IMG/VR virus record: IMGVR_UViG_3300021959_000014
Direction: 5' to 3' (one strand)
Source of the DNA: an uncultured virus (IMG/VR IMGVR_UViG_3300021959_000014)
Lineage: Duplodnaviria > Heunggongvirae > Uroviricota > Caudoviricetes
Length of the DNA: 64,000 bases
Shown: piece by piece, positions 9,439-19,551 of the stretch
How the letters are laid out: the number at the start of each line of letters is the position of its first letter
Numbering within the stretch: position 1 is the stretch's first letter
Translations under genes and position numbers: made by a program
The notes under the pieces: generated by a model
Told to the model about the DNA's origin: nothing
Databases searched by the model: none
The model's input: the letters and a program-made list of their open reading frames with translations, nothing else

Positions 9439-12400
9439 GAGTTCATCCTGTGACCAGCCTTGGCTAGGACCCATTATGTAAGTGTATCCGTCTTTAACAA
9501 TTTTTTTCCTGTAGGCTCCATATCGTGTGTTAGTTCCAGAATTTTCTGTAACGATAGCTGTGAAAACATTACTATTTCCTTTACCGTAAGTTCTATTTCC
9601 CAAATACGAATAGTATGGGTTATATGCTTGAAGAAAGTTACCAGGTGACAGCGATTGCATTTCGTAGTCAGTATTTCCTACGTATCCTCCGTTCTGTTTT
9701 GCTCTTACATAGGTTGAACCTGTTTGTGCGTAACCGGTTAGATTAATATAAGTTGGTGGGGTTCCTGCGCCAGTTGCGTTTTCCCAATCATAATCATATT
9801 CTGGTTTATGTGTTACAGATGCTGTGTGGTATGCTCCTACGTTACCGAAGGTGTCAGTAAGGTATACATATCCATAGACAGTATTACCGTAAGTAGGGCT
9901 TGAGAAATCTTGACTTGCAAAGTCGTTTATAAAGACACTTGATGTTCCTGGAGTTGCTGATGAAGCACTTATATATGTTGAGGTTGCTGTTCGTTGAGTT
10001 GCTCCAGTGTGGTTTCCGTCAAAAATTACTGAGACTGTACCGTTAAAGTCTACAGAGTGATGCACTTGTACTTTGTATGCAGCAGTGTAGTTTATAGACT
10101 GTGTTAGAAGTAACATAGCGCTTTCTTTAACTGCAAAGTATCCTGAGTACCCTGAAGGAACTGCTACTTGTTTAGGAATCACTTTCCCATGGTGGTGTGC
10201 TGCTGTGTGTACTGTTGATTCTGGTGATACATTACCTACTGCGTCTCTTAGTTTAACACTTAGTGTGATATCGTCTCCATCTGATAAGGTAGAACAGTTT
10301 ATACTTCCAAAAACGGATGTATTAACAACGCCAAGGCTAGAATAAGCTTCATTACTACTTTCATCTGATGCAGTTACTATCATTGTAGTACCTACTTCAC
10401 AGTTATATGCTCTGAAGGGAACGGCAGAAACGTTATTAGATGTTATCGAAGAATTATACCATGCTGATGAAGGAGCAAGAGGAGCGGTACTGTCTAGTGT
10501 ACCACAGTTCGTTATACTAAGGATAGTTCCATCTGTCTCTATCTCCATTGCAAATTTTTCAACTGTATTACCTGTTTGTATTGCTGTACTATAGAAATCT
10601 CCTGTTCCATTTCCTGCAAAAACTGTAGCACCGTTGATATCTAAATAAACTTTATCACTTCCGTTTGCTAAAGGTGGAGATGTAGTCCCATCATGGTAGA
10701 ATTGATATGCATCTGATATTAATGTAAAAGCACCACACGCAGCAATATTAGTGTTATACTCCGTAGGATTACTGCTGTCCATTATGAATAGTGATTCTAA
10801 TACATCAGCACTACTTTGCTCTACTGGGGTTATATTAAATTTTGTTACTGGGTGAGATAAGTATTTAAATGGGTTATTAACATTTAATTCTCCGTCTGTT
10901 ATAGTAATAGTAGAGCCTGATAGCTCTCCATTATACTTCGGAGATTCATCTGCTATGTTTTTTGTAACAGAACCACTTATAGTCTTCACTTCCTCGTTAT
11001 AGAACGTAGTAGCATTATGTCTTATATTAGTTCTTGACTTATTCTTTCCTCCACTCCAGTTAGGTATTGGATATGAATTACTATTTAACATGTAGGTCGG
11101 CATAACCGAGTTAAGTGTAGAAGGGTTAGAGGCTATGTTTCCTGATGTTCCTAGCTGTTTTTGTGATATTCTTAACGTATCTCCTTCTTCAAATTTAGTT
11201 ACTATATCTAAGTTAAATCTAAACTTCTGTCCATTAGGGCTATCTATAGCTTCTTTAAATGCTAATGCTTTTGTTGCTGCTGAACTACTGTATGGTATTA
11301 TTACTCCAACTTGACTACTGTAAATATCCCCAGGTGTTCCTGAGCGTCGTACTACGTAGTGTTTTGTTAAAAGAGGTAGTACATTAGATGTAAGAATTAA
11401 ACTAGTTGTAGCCTGTGTAGGAGAGTAGTCAGAGTATTTAAATGTAATGTCTACAAATGCTGCTGTAGGTTCTTCAATAATAAAACCGTTTAACGGGGTG
11501 TAAAATTTATGTATTTCTTTCTTAACACCTATAGAACCTGATTGTTCAAATGCTGATAGAATTACATCGTTCGGTAGTGGATCAAAAGAGTGGTAATCGC
11601 TACTGTCATTAAATCTAGCAGACCATCTGCTACTTGAGTTCTGTAGGTTGTAAGCTATACATACTAAATTCGGGTGGTGTATATCGGCATCAAATGAAGT
11701 ATTCCCTGGGAACCTATTGTCTATTGATTCAGAACTAAACATTATGTAGAAGTCTTGATGTAGACTTGCAATAGAACCTGTAGGGTGTATTTCGTAGGGT
11801 GTGCCTACAAACTTATCTTTTATAACTGGATCTACTCCTATTACATTACCTGGTTTATATACTTCTTCTATATTGTACTCAGTTCCATCTGGATGGTAAA
11901 ATACTGTACCCTGTGGGACTATTTCACCAAAGTCTGCTGATCCAGTAGCAAAATTTATATGAAAATTAATATCTGAATGTCCCCCTACCTTACCTGGGCT
12001 GAAATTAACAGGTAGCCCTTTTAGGTGTTTATTTTCCGGTAATACCTTATCATTGTACGCTCCTGCTGAAGAACCTGTTACAAAAGCTGTATCTATACTT
12101 GCTGAGTAAGTATTATCAGTTCCTTCGACTGAGGGTGATTTAATTTTGGATCGTTCTAAACTATGTGGCTGTATGATAATACCTACATCTAAATTTGCAT
12201 TAGAGGGTACAAAATCTTTAATCATTTTAAAGAGTACGTTATCGTAGAATTTAAAAATACGTACAAAATCTTTTAGATTGTAATTTAAATACTCTTTTCC
12301 TAAATCCGGAAAAATATTGTACTTCAGTCTCTCTAGCGTATACTTAAACTTATAATCAGGTGATTCATAAACATCTTTATTAAGATCTCTAGGATCTCCA

Positions 12401-13212
12401 ATCCAATGATCTAGACTAAACTGTGCTTGTGTGTAGTTTGCTCTTATTAAGTCTGCTTGTTCATTAATGTACTTATTTAACACTGTTGAAGGTGAAAACC
12501 CTACTTCTACTTTTCTTGACTTATATATGTTAGTAGATTGTCTATTTCCTTGTGGATTTTCTAATGTTATTGATCTATTACCAGTTAGTACTTTTCCATC
12601 TTCTGGGATGGATGGTATTACTGTTACGCTGTTTAAAGAAGATGTATAGGCATTTTCCGGTCCAAAATATATCGAGTCTTCATGCTGCCCGAATGTTTTA
12701 ATTGTTAAAAAGTCTTTAGGTATACCAAAGCAGTTTATAAGTGCTCTTAGTCCCCGTTCTGTACCTTTTGATTTAAGTAAAAGTGGTATGTTGTGGTAGA
12801 GTCTTTTATATACACTTGCTTCATAATCTTTTGTAGATATAGATTTGCCGGTAGAAGTGGTGCCACCTGTAAATGCAGTTGACATTCCTCCGGATAGTTG
12901 ACCTGCTCCATAAAAGCTAGAACCTGTTATCCATGCTATATTTCCTTGCGGTCCTGCTATTGTTTGTTTTATTACTATCTCTCCAGCTATAGATGTTGAT
13001 TCATAAGTAAATTCTCCACCGTGTCCATTACTACTTTTTATAGCATTATTAAATCGATACTCTCTTGCAACTGCTCCAGTGTAAACACCTGCATTTCCTA
13101 TATAAAATAATGTATTACCTGTTGCTGCATCTATAGTAGATGTTTTTGATACATCGTTAGTAGCTTGGTATGTAATTGTTGTTCCTTGTACAGAAGTTAA
13201 AGTAATTGTCAT
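9043..13212 (-). CDS. Large baseplate/tail protein, C-terminal part, ending in a Hint domain
   Basis: YKRLYHNIPLLLKSKGTERGLRALINCFGIP wedge-like motif; frame stays open upstream to ~13315; probably one gene with 13248-14819. Confidence 0.75.
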   Translation of the reverse strand: MTITLTSVQGTTITYQATNDVSKTSTIDAATGNTLFYIGNAGVYTGAVAREYRFNNAIKSSNGHGGEFTYESTSIAGEIVIKQTIAGPQGNIAWITGSSFYGAGQLSGGMSTAFTGGTTSTGKSISTKDYEASVYKRLYHNIPLLLKSKGTERGLRALINCFGIPKDFLTIKTFGQHEDSIYFGPENAYTSSLNSVTVIPSIPEDGKVLTGNRSITLENPQGNRQSTNIYKSRKVEVGFSPSTVLNKYINEQADLIRANYTQAQFSLDHWIGDPRDLNKDVYESPDYKFKYTLERLKYNIFPDLGKEYLNYNLKDFVRIFKFYDNVLFKMIKDFVPSNANLDVGIIIQPHSLERSKIKSPSVEGTDNTYSASIDTAFVTGSSAGAYNDKVLPENKHLKGLPVNFSPGKVGGHSDINFHINFATGSADFGEIVPQGTVFYHPDGTEYNIEEVYKPGNVIGVDPVIKDKFVGTPYEIHPTGSIASLHQDFYIMFSSESIDNRFPGNTSFDADIHHPNLVCIAYNLQNSSSRWSARFNDSSDYHSFDPLPNDVILSAFEQSGSIGVKKEIHKFYTPLNGFIIEEPTAAFVDITFKYSDYSPTQATTSLILTSNVLPLLTKHYVVRRSGTPGDIYSSQVGVIIPYSSSAATKALAFKEAIDSPNGQKFRFNLDIVTKFEEGDTLRISQKQLGTSGNIASNPSTLNSVMPTYMLNSNSYPIPNWSGGKNKSRTNIRHNATTFYNEEVKTISGSVTKNIADESPKYNGELSGSTITITDGELNVNNPFKYLSHPVTKFNITPVEQSSADVLESLFIMDSSNPTEYNTNIAACGAFTLISDAYQFYHDGTTSPPLANGSDKVYLDINGATVFAGNGTGDFYSTAIQTGNTVEKFAMEIETDGTILSITNCGTLDSTAPLAPSSAWYNSSITSNNVSAVPFRAYNCEVGTTMIVTASDESSNEAYSSLGVVNTSVFGSINCSTLSDGDDITLSVKLRDAVGNVSPESTVHTAAHHHGKVIPKQVAVPSGYSGYFAVKESAMLLLTQSINYTAAYKVQVHHSVDFNGTVSVIFDGNHTGATQRTATSTYISASSATPGTSSVFINDFASQDFSSPTYGNTVYGYVYLTDTFGNVGAYHTASVTHKPEYDYDWENATGAGTPPTYINLTGYAQTGSTYVRAKQNGGYVGNTDYEMQSLSPGNFLQAYNPYYSYLGNRTYGKGNSNVFTAIVTENSGTNTRYGAYRKKIVKDGYTYIMGPSQGWSQDELCVSMDTNILMKTGKQKLAEELQVGDIIRTQHEDTLEWFEDIIIRKEISSAEKETLEIEFEDGTVLIATPGHRVYIEEENKFIALRDIKVEQKASGKIIRSIKEGAKQKVVSLTVEKCRTYISNGILSHNTK

Positions 13213-13247
13213 ATTACTATCTGCAGTATTTGAATCACTTCTAAATC

Positions 13248-14819
13248 TTATAAAGCCACTTGCAAATTCTGCTTCAGTAAAAGGACCTGCGTAGTGATTA
13301 TTACTTCGCTTTGACTACCGCTATCGTATGTATCCTGTATAATGTAACTGAATAAGTCGTTTGTGCCTTCAACAGAATTATACAGTTTTATTCCCATACT
13401 CTTTACTGCCTCCTGTACTAAGTCTTTAGATATACCGTAATCTAACCTGTTATCTGTATCGTACTTATCTGTTAGAGCTTTAGTGTATATCCATAAGTTA
13501 TCGTAATGCTGACCGAGCATATGAGTAAATGTAATAGCTGCTTTATTATTATCATCGTCTGCTATATATTCTGGTAGAAATCCGGTCAATACATCTAGAT
13601 TTCTTGCATCATAAGAAGATGCAGATGTTATCTGTTCGTCAAACCACGCTACCGATGCTGTATTACTTATCTCTAAATTTACATAAGGTTTATCATCATT
13701 AGACTTAGGCCACGACTTAGATCCACTTTCATAGTATAGGAACCTTTCATAGTGATCAAAATTATTTACTATACCATCTATTAGGTTCCTTGTTGCTACT
13801 ATACTTCCGCTTGCTGCTACTGTGTTAGGATTGTTAATTCCTTGTTCTGTAAGTAGGTCACTCTCATATGCTTCTAGTAGACTTACTTTATATTTAAAGT
13901 TTCTAAGTCTTTCTTCAGCAGAAGAAAAGTGAATAAAGTTTTCATACTCTCTATGGTCTATGCCGATGTTGGCACTCTTTTCATTTATGAGTGAAAATAA
14001 TTCTTTATTAGAGTTATTAGATTCATAACTAAATAAATCATTTAATTTAAAGTACTCTGTAGGTGTACTGTCTTGAGTCTCTAATTCTACAGAAAAGTTT
14101 GCTTGTCTTAGCTTTGGAGCCTGTCTTTCTTCTTCCTCTATATCAGGTATAACTAAAGTAGCTATTGAATCTGATACTTTTTCTACTAGTTGAACATCAC
14201 TCTTAATATCATATTTATCAGGTAATGGTTCATACAGTCTAAGTGCAACTGTGTATTTGTTATCTAGTTGGAATGTATCTATATTTGTTACTATCAGAAG
14301 ATCATTATCTCCCATGTTAAGGGAAAGTTCTTCAAAGTAACTCTTACTCTTTATCTTTTCTTTTAGTTCGTCTGTTCTATTAATTAACTCGTTAACTTTT
14401 ATCTTATCGGAATAAAGTAAAACTTCTTTACGGTCTGTTGATATACTGTGTATGTATAAATCTTGCTTACCGTTACCTATTGTGAATACATCGTTTAAAA
14501 AGTGAAATAGTACCTTTACTTTAGTACGTGCAAATCCTTGCTGTATGGCTAGTTCAGCAGGTTTTAATTCTATTTCTGTTGATTTTTGATCTTCTGTGGG
14601 TATACTTAGGTTTGGAACCGGAAGTGAGTAGTTATACGAAGAGTACAGTCTATAATTATTTACCGTATAGAAGTGAGTCTCAATATAATGCTTATTAAAG
14701 TCAAACTCCTTGTTAACTTTAAAATTGTCTATTAAATTAAGATCCTTACTTGAGTATTTCTCTACATCAGGTAAGCTATTAGCAATAATATCTTGTGAAG
14801 TGTATGTTACTTTAGCCAT
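13248..14819 (-). CDS. Large baseplate/tail protein, N-terminal part (frameshifted from 9043-13212)
   Basis: FIHFSSAEERLRNFKYK, MLGQHYDNLWIY, GISKDLV motifs; frames overlap near 13300. Confidence 0.7.
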   Translation of the reverse strand: MAKVTYTSQDIIANSLPDVEKYSSKDLNLIDNFKVNKEFDFNKHYIETHFYTVNNYRLYSSYNYSLPVPNLSIPTEDQKSTEIELKPAELAIQQGFARTKVKVLFHFLNDVFTIGNGKQDLYIHSISTDRKEVLLYSDKIKVNELINRTDELKEKIKSKSYFEELSLNMGDNDLLIVTNIDTFQLDNKYTVALRLYEPLPDKYDIKSDVQLVEKVSDSIATLVIPDIEEEERQAPKLRQANFSVELETQDSTPTEYFKLNDLFSYESNNSNKELFSLINEKSANIGIDHREYENFIHFSSAEERLRNFKYKVSLLEAYESDLLTEQGINNPNTVAASGSIVATRNLIDGIVNNFDHYERFLYYESGSKSWPKSNDDKPYVNLEISNTASVAWFDEQITSASSYDARNLDVLTGFLPEYIADDDNNKAAITFTHMLGQHYDNLWIYTKALTDKYDTDNRLDYGISKDLVQEAVKSMGIKLYNSVEGTNDLFSYIIQDTYDSGSQSEVIITTQVLLLKQNLQVAL

Positions 14820-14850
14820 TTACTTTTTTTATTTTAATCTATTTACTACT

Positions 14851-15840
14851 TTATAATAACCTATATCCAACTTCGTTTTCAGCATCAGGATCGTTAAATG
14901 TTATAAGCCTAAAAGATACTTTGTTATTCATACTTCCTGTTTTGTTTGCTGCTTCAACAATTGCATCAGCTTTATACCCTGCTTGTTTTAACTCTTCTAC
15001 AAAAAAGTCTAATGTCATTTCCTTTGATTCCCTCGGTGTTGCAGGTATAAAGTAGGAACTATCTCCGCCTCTTCTTGAATTCCAGTCTCCTTTATCTGAT
15101 GAATCTTTTCCGAACATCCAGTAGAATTTATTTTTATAGTTATTTGCTATCGCTCTAACCCATGTAGGTCCTCTATGCCAGTGAAAAATATTAATGGTAT
15201 TGTTATGTTTCATATAATTATATGCTCGACCTAATACCTGGTTACCGTCTTTGAATATACTAATAAGTTCATCTACATCTGCTTGGGAAGATGCTGCTTG
15301 TGCTTCTGCTTCTGCTGCTTGTGCATCTGCTGTAGCTTGTGCTTCTGCTTGGGCGGCGTTTGCTTCTTGTGCTGCTTCTGCTGCACTGTTAGCTATTGTG
15401 TTTGCAGTTTCTAGTGCAACTATATTTGCATTTGCTGCTGCTAGATCTGCTTGTAATAAAGCAACTTTTTCTACATCCTCGTAAGATATTTCGTTACCTG
15501 TTGCTAATTGTATTTCTAATTCAGCAATTCGTCTATTTCCATCTAATATCTGCTGTCGCAATTGTGCTACTTCATCAAGTAGTGGTTGAATTGATTCTAA
15601 CTGCCTATCAATTTGGTACAGTTCTGAACTTTTTTCTACTAGGTACTGATGACTATCTCTTTCTCCTTCTACGGGTATTAGCAAATATAGTTTCGAGTAC
15701 AGTCTAAAGAGCTCTTCTATTGTGTCAGGGTCTACAATAGGTTCGGGTTCTTTAAAAAAAGTAAACTTACTATCGATAGTGTTCCTAAATGAACTCTTAT
15801 CAAATACTGTTTTTGATATTTTTACTTTTTTACTATCCAT
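14851..15840 (-). CDS. Coiled-coil, Ala/Glu/Gln-rich structural protein
   Basis: AAEAAQEANAAQAEAQ stretch; context. Confidence 0.55.
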   Translation of the reverse strand: MDSKKVKISKTVFDKSSFRNTIDSKFTFFKEPEPIVDPDTIEELFRLYSKLYLLIPVEGERDSHQYLVEKSSELYQIDRQLESIQPLLDEVAQLRQQILDGNRRIAELEIQLATGNEISYEDVEKVALLQADLAAANANIVALETANTIANSAAEAAQEANAAQAEAQATADAQAAEAEAQAASSQADVDELISIFKDGNQVLGRAYNYMKHNNTINIFHWHRGPTWVRAIANNYKNKFYWMFGKDSSDKGDWNSRRGGDSSYFIPATPRESKEMTLDFFVEELKQAGYKADAIVEAANKTGSMNNKVSFRLITFNDPDAENEVGYRLL

Positions 15841-16891
15841 TTCTTACAATCTTAAAGATTTGGTCATTATCTATTACTACATCTGTTCCGTCTATTTCTG
15901 ATTTTATTAATACCTTATAAAATCTCTCTGGTTGAAGACCGTCTAAGTATATATCAAAATAGTTAGATTTACTATCACAGCTTAGTTTAGTAAACGTAGT
16001 ATCAAAGTCAACTATCATTTCCTCTGTAAACTCATCTCTAAGTCCCCAGTACGATGCAGTTGGTAGAGCATAATTAACAGTATATGCAGACGATGTAGTA
16101 AAGGTTCTAGTTGGATAGTTTGGTCTTGAATTTACTCTAAACCTTACCTTTCCTTCATCTGCGTATTTACCTTTATTATTTTTTAAAGTAATAACTGCAT
16201 CTGCATCTGTTAATGTTGGTAGTGAACCAGAATTATGACTAAAATCATCCCATTTTATTTCTAAATATGGTGGGTAGATTGTGTTGGTGTCGCTGGAATA
16301 GTATTTTAATCTTATAGATGCTGATGTAAAGTTTTCGTAAGCATCTTCTACTTTGAGTAGTAACCCATTGTTAGCTAGTGGACTGACATCTTTAGTCCAT
16401 TCATTAACTGCGTTAGTTATATTTAAATCCAAGTCATAAGGTGTAGTTTTATCTAATGACTTAGATGCACTAACAATAACACCACTATTTGTACCTACAT
16501 AATCTCCTCCTGCAGATGACCAGTTAGTACCTGAGTCACTTGCTGTCCAAGAGCATCCACCTTTGCTTTCTGGGTTATCTCCAAGCTTACCTAATCCTTC
16601 TCCCCATGCTCTTGTAATTACATGACTTTCTACTTTAAAGCTACTAGGTATTTCAGATGCAAAGTTTAAGAAACATTTTAAGCTAGCAGAAAAGTCTGAG
16701 CCTCCTGCTTTATCTGTTAATACTTCTTGTATATCTTCTGTTTTAAACTCAATTAATGCTCTAGCAGTAAACCCTGTTCCAGAAGATGGAAATCCACCTA
16801 TTTCTAGTAACTCATCTCTACCGGTATTCTTATACGGGTATTGAGAGTATATTGTTGAGTCTTGAGTAGGAAAAATTCTGTATAGTGCCAT
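15833..16891 (-). CDS. Structural protein with DNRLRE/CBM96-like beta-sandwich
   Basis: PTQDSTIY..NTG..LEIG..RALIEF..W..NNGLLLK..PYLEIKW. Confidence 0.55.
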   Translation of the reverse strand: MALYRIFPTQDSTIYSQYPYKNTGRDELLEIGGFPSSGTGFTARALIEFKTEDIQEVLTDKAGGSDFSASLKCFLNFASEIPSSFKVESHVITRAWGEGLGKLGDNPESKGGCSWTASDSGTNWSSAGGDYVGTNSGVIVSASKSLDKTTPYDLDLNITNAVNEWTKDVSPLANNGLLLKVEDAYENFTSASIRLKYYSSDTNTIYPPYLEIKWDDFSHNSGSLPTLTDADAVITLKNNKGKYADEGKVRFRVNSRPNYPTRTFTTSSAYTVNYALPTASYWGLRDEFTEEMIVDFDTTFTKLSCDSKSNYFDIYLDGLQPERFYKVLIKSEIDGTDVVIDNDQIFKIVRNG

Positions 16892-16893
16892 TT

Positions 16894-18687
16894 TTATAAT
16901 GTTGTTATTCTACCTTGAATATCGTTGTCTGGGTATTTTAATTCAAATATCATAGGATCTAATGAAGGGAAAATAATATTGTCTTTCATTGCTCCCGGTA
17001 TATCGTAATCGTACTCAGAATAGCTACCTCCGGTTTTAGTTGTTATCTTAATATTCTGTATTGTTTGAACTCCTTTTATTCTATCTAATAATGTATATAC
17101 TGTTGATAAGTTTATCGGTTGATTAATTAATCGATTCGATGTTCTAAAGTAATTCTTTAATGCTAAAGAGCAGTTGAATAGAACTTCTCTAGAATTGTAA
17201 TTAGGTAGTGATATTATATCATAATTAATACCTATGTTTATAATGTAAGCATCTTTAATATCAAGAGAATCGGTTAACATCATATACGGTGCAAGGTATT
17301 CTTTTAGATTATTTTTAAGTTGTGTTGAACCTTCTGTTAGTTTATAATCCTTATCATACGCTAAAACATACAAACATACATTAGTACTGTCAATTCTATC
17401 ATAGCTTTTGGCATTACTTGTTGTAACTATGTCTGGTGTTGTCACAAATGATTTAGCTATTGCTCCTAGATTAGGTGTCATAGTCAAGGCTCTAAATGCA
17501 TAATCTTGCTTAGTTACTAGTCTACCTTGCTCTGCAAAAGCTTTAAGAGAGTTTTGTCTTACTTCTTCTGCTGAATCTCCGTCTTTACCTCCCGTTGCAG
17601 GTTTTGGATTATTATAAGTTAACGTACCTGAATAGGTATTATCTATTGCTGTATATGTAGCATTTGTTGAAGTTGTAAGTGTGTTTGCTTCTACATTTGA
17701 TGCAACTCCTCCACCTCGTAGATACCTAACTGTCAGTACGGTGCTAGATGGTGCTATACCGTAACTGTCTGTATATAAGAAGTTAGAAGGATCATATGCA
17801 TAATCTAGTCTACTTATACCTCCAGTGAATGGAGAACCAATATTTGTCGGGTTAGGTACAACAGCTGTATTCTCTGTTGTTGGTGCTCCTGATCCGAATT
17901 GAACTTGCATTTGGTTGTTAGACCTTAATCTTGTTACAAATCTTCTCGGAACATTGATTAATGTTAATAGGTCTTCTGACCCTGTGATGTTTGTAGTTTC
18001 ATATACTGTTTCTTGACCTAAGTACGGTACTTCGTACCATTTATCTCCATTGCTGTCTACTATATCAAGTACTCCTATTATATTAATGTCATCTATTTCA
18101 AAAGTAAAGTTTTGCTGGTGTCCTATTACTTCTACTGTTTTAGTAGCTATCTCTCCTGCTGATGCTGTTGCCTTTTTTGTAAGTATGAATTCCGAAGGAT
18201 TATCTCCCATTAATGAAAAAATTGTAACATCTGTAGGGTCATAAGAACTGGAAAATTTAAAATCAACTGGTTGATTAATTACAAATTTTTGTTTACCGTA
18301 TTCTAATTGAACATTGCCGTTTACAGATAAGGCTTGATCCCAATCTGGTGTATAGGATGCTCCTGATGCGGCTACACGTTGTGATACTTCGATTTCTACT
18401 GATGATGCTCTTGTTGCTCTTGGTCGATATCCCATCATGTAAGCTAATGTATATAGGTTACTTGGGTTTTGAGCGTACTGTAGGTATGTTTCTTGAAGTT
18501 GTGAGTCTTGGTAGAAAGATAATATGTCTCCTACATAAGCAGACATTTCCATAAACATCATACCTGGTGATGTTGCAGAGAAGTCGTTATAGCTATCTGG
18601 GAAGTAGTTCTTAGACATCTCTATTAACTGCTGTCTTAAGCTGTTAAAGTCTTTGTCTGTATATTTTATACTAATATTTTGAGCCAT
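16894..18687 (-). CDS. Baseplate wedge subunit, T4 gp6/baseplate J-like
   Basis: KDFNSLRQQLIE..AYVGDILSFYQD..YLRGGGVASNV..ATGGKD..QGRLVTKQDY. Confidence 0.85.
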   Translation of the reverse strand: MAQNISIKYTDKDFNSLRQQLIEMSKNYFPDSYNDFSATSPGMMFMEMSAYVGDILSFYQDSQLQETYLQYAQNPSNLYTLAYMMGYRPRATRASSVEIEVSQRVAASGASYTPDWDQALSVNGNVQLEYGKQKFVINQPVDFKFSSSYDPTDVTIFSLMGDNPSEFILTKKATASAGEIATKTVEVIGHQQNFTFEIDDINIIGVLDIVDSNGDKWYEVPYLGQETVYETTNITGSEDLLTLINVPRRFVTRLRSNNQMQVQFGSGAPTTENTAVVPNPTNIGSPFTGGISRLDYAYDPSNFLYTDSYGIAPSSTVLTVRYLRGGGVASNVEANTLTTSTNATYTAIDNTYSGTLTYNNPKPATGGKDGDSAEEVRQNSLKAFAEQGRLVTKQDYAFRALTMTPNLGAIAKSFVTTPDIVTTSNAKSYDRIDSTNVCLYVLAYDKDYKLTEGSTQLKNNLKEYLAPYMMLTDSLDIKDAYIINIGINYDIISLPNYNSREVLFNCSLALKNYFRTSNRLINQPINLSTVYTLLDRIKGVQTIQNIKITTKTGGSYSEYDYDIPGAMKDNIIFPSLDPMIFELKYPDNDIQGRITTL

Positions 18688-18689
18688 TT

Positions 18690-19097
18690 TTATACTATGT
18701 TAATTAAGATTTCATCCTCTAAGTCTGTTCCTACTATGGCAAACTTTAAGCCAAACTCTATTGTGTTATATTCTGTTTTATTTTCTAGAAATAAGTCTAT
18801 AATATTAAGTTCAGGGAAATAGTTTACTAATGCTTCTCTTATTAGTACTTCAATATCTTCTAAGTTTTCAACAGTAGCGTTTTCAAAAAGCATACTTCTA
18901 AGTCCTGAACCAAACGTAGGTCTAAGATATCTTTCACCTTTTCCTGTTAGTAGGTAATTTATTAAATTTGCTTTGATCGCATCAATAGATTGATATGTAG
19001 AATTAAATACAGCATTACCTGAGAAAGGTATCGCTACACCTATTGCTTTTCTAGGTTGTAAATCTAACGGATTAATCTTTTTTGCTTCAAATGCCAT
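18690..19097 (-). CDS. gp25-like baseplate wedge/sheath initiator
   Basis: IKANLINYLLTGKGERYLRPTFGSGLRSMLFE. Confidence 0.9.
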   Translation of the reverse strand: MAFEAKKINPLDLQPRKAIGVAIPFSGNAVFNSTYQSIDAIKANLINYLLTGKGERYLRPTFGSGLRSMLFENATVENLEDIEVLIREALVNYFPELNIIDLFLENKTEYNTIEFGLKFAIVGTDLEDEILINIV

Positions 19098-19102
19098 TTA
19101 CT

Positions 19103-19534
19103 CTATATTAATTGTTTTGCTGCATCTACATTGTTAGATGCTTTAAATACTTCTCCTGCTTTTTTAACAAAGTCTAGAGAACTTATATCTATTCCGGGTG
19201 CTGGTCCTCCTTGCAGTCCCATTTGAGATGCCATGCTAGTAGCCATATTAGTGCCTCCTTGTACCATGTTAGATGTTCCAGAGAATACGTTTTTGTATTC
19301 TTGATTAGTCATCGTAGACTTAGTCATTCTTAACATCTCATCTAGAGATGTTTTACCTGTTTTTGGTGCTACTATTGGTTTCTTAACAGGTACTCTCTGA
19401 GTATTTACTGTTGCCTGTGGTGCACTAGGGTTGCTTGCGATCTTAATTGCCTCATTCATTACTTCTTGTAATTCTGATTTAACTGCAGATCGTACTTCTT
19501 CCCTGATTATTTTTCTTAGTTGATCTAGTTTCAT
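19103..19534 (-). CDS. Hypothetical late protein
   Basis: MKLDQLRKIIREEV leader; late motif upstream. Confidence 0.6.
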   Translation of the reverse strand: MKLDQLRKIIREEVRSAVKSELQEVMNEAIKIASNPSAPQATVNTQRVPVKKPIVAPKTGKTSLDEMLRMTKSTMTNQEYKNVFSGTSNMVQGGTNMATSMASQMGLQGGPAPGIDISSLDFVKKAGEVFKASNNVDAAKQLI

Positions 19535-19537
19535 ATA

Positions 19538-19545
19538 TATAAATA
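19538..19545 (-). promoter_or_regulatory. Putative late promoter TATTTATA
   Basis: 3 nt before ATG at 19534. Confidence 0.55.
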
Positions 19546-19551
19546 GTTATG

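Noticed and set aside
2695..13212. Diversity-generating retroelement acting on tail genes
   Set aside because: No reverse transcriptase and no template/variable repeat pair seen in the window
15280..15445. GCT/GCA-rich stretch as a DNA tandem repeat
   Set aside because: Explained by an Ala/Glu/Gln-rich helical protein segment; no exact repeat unit
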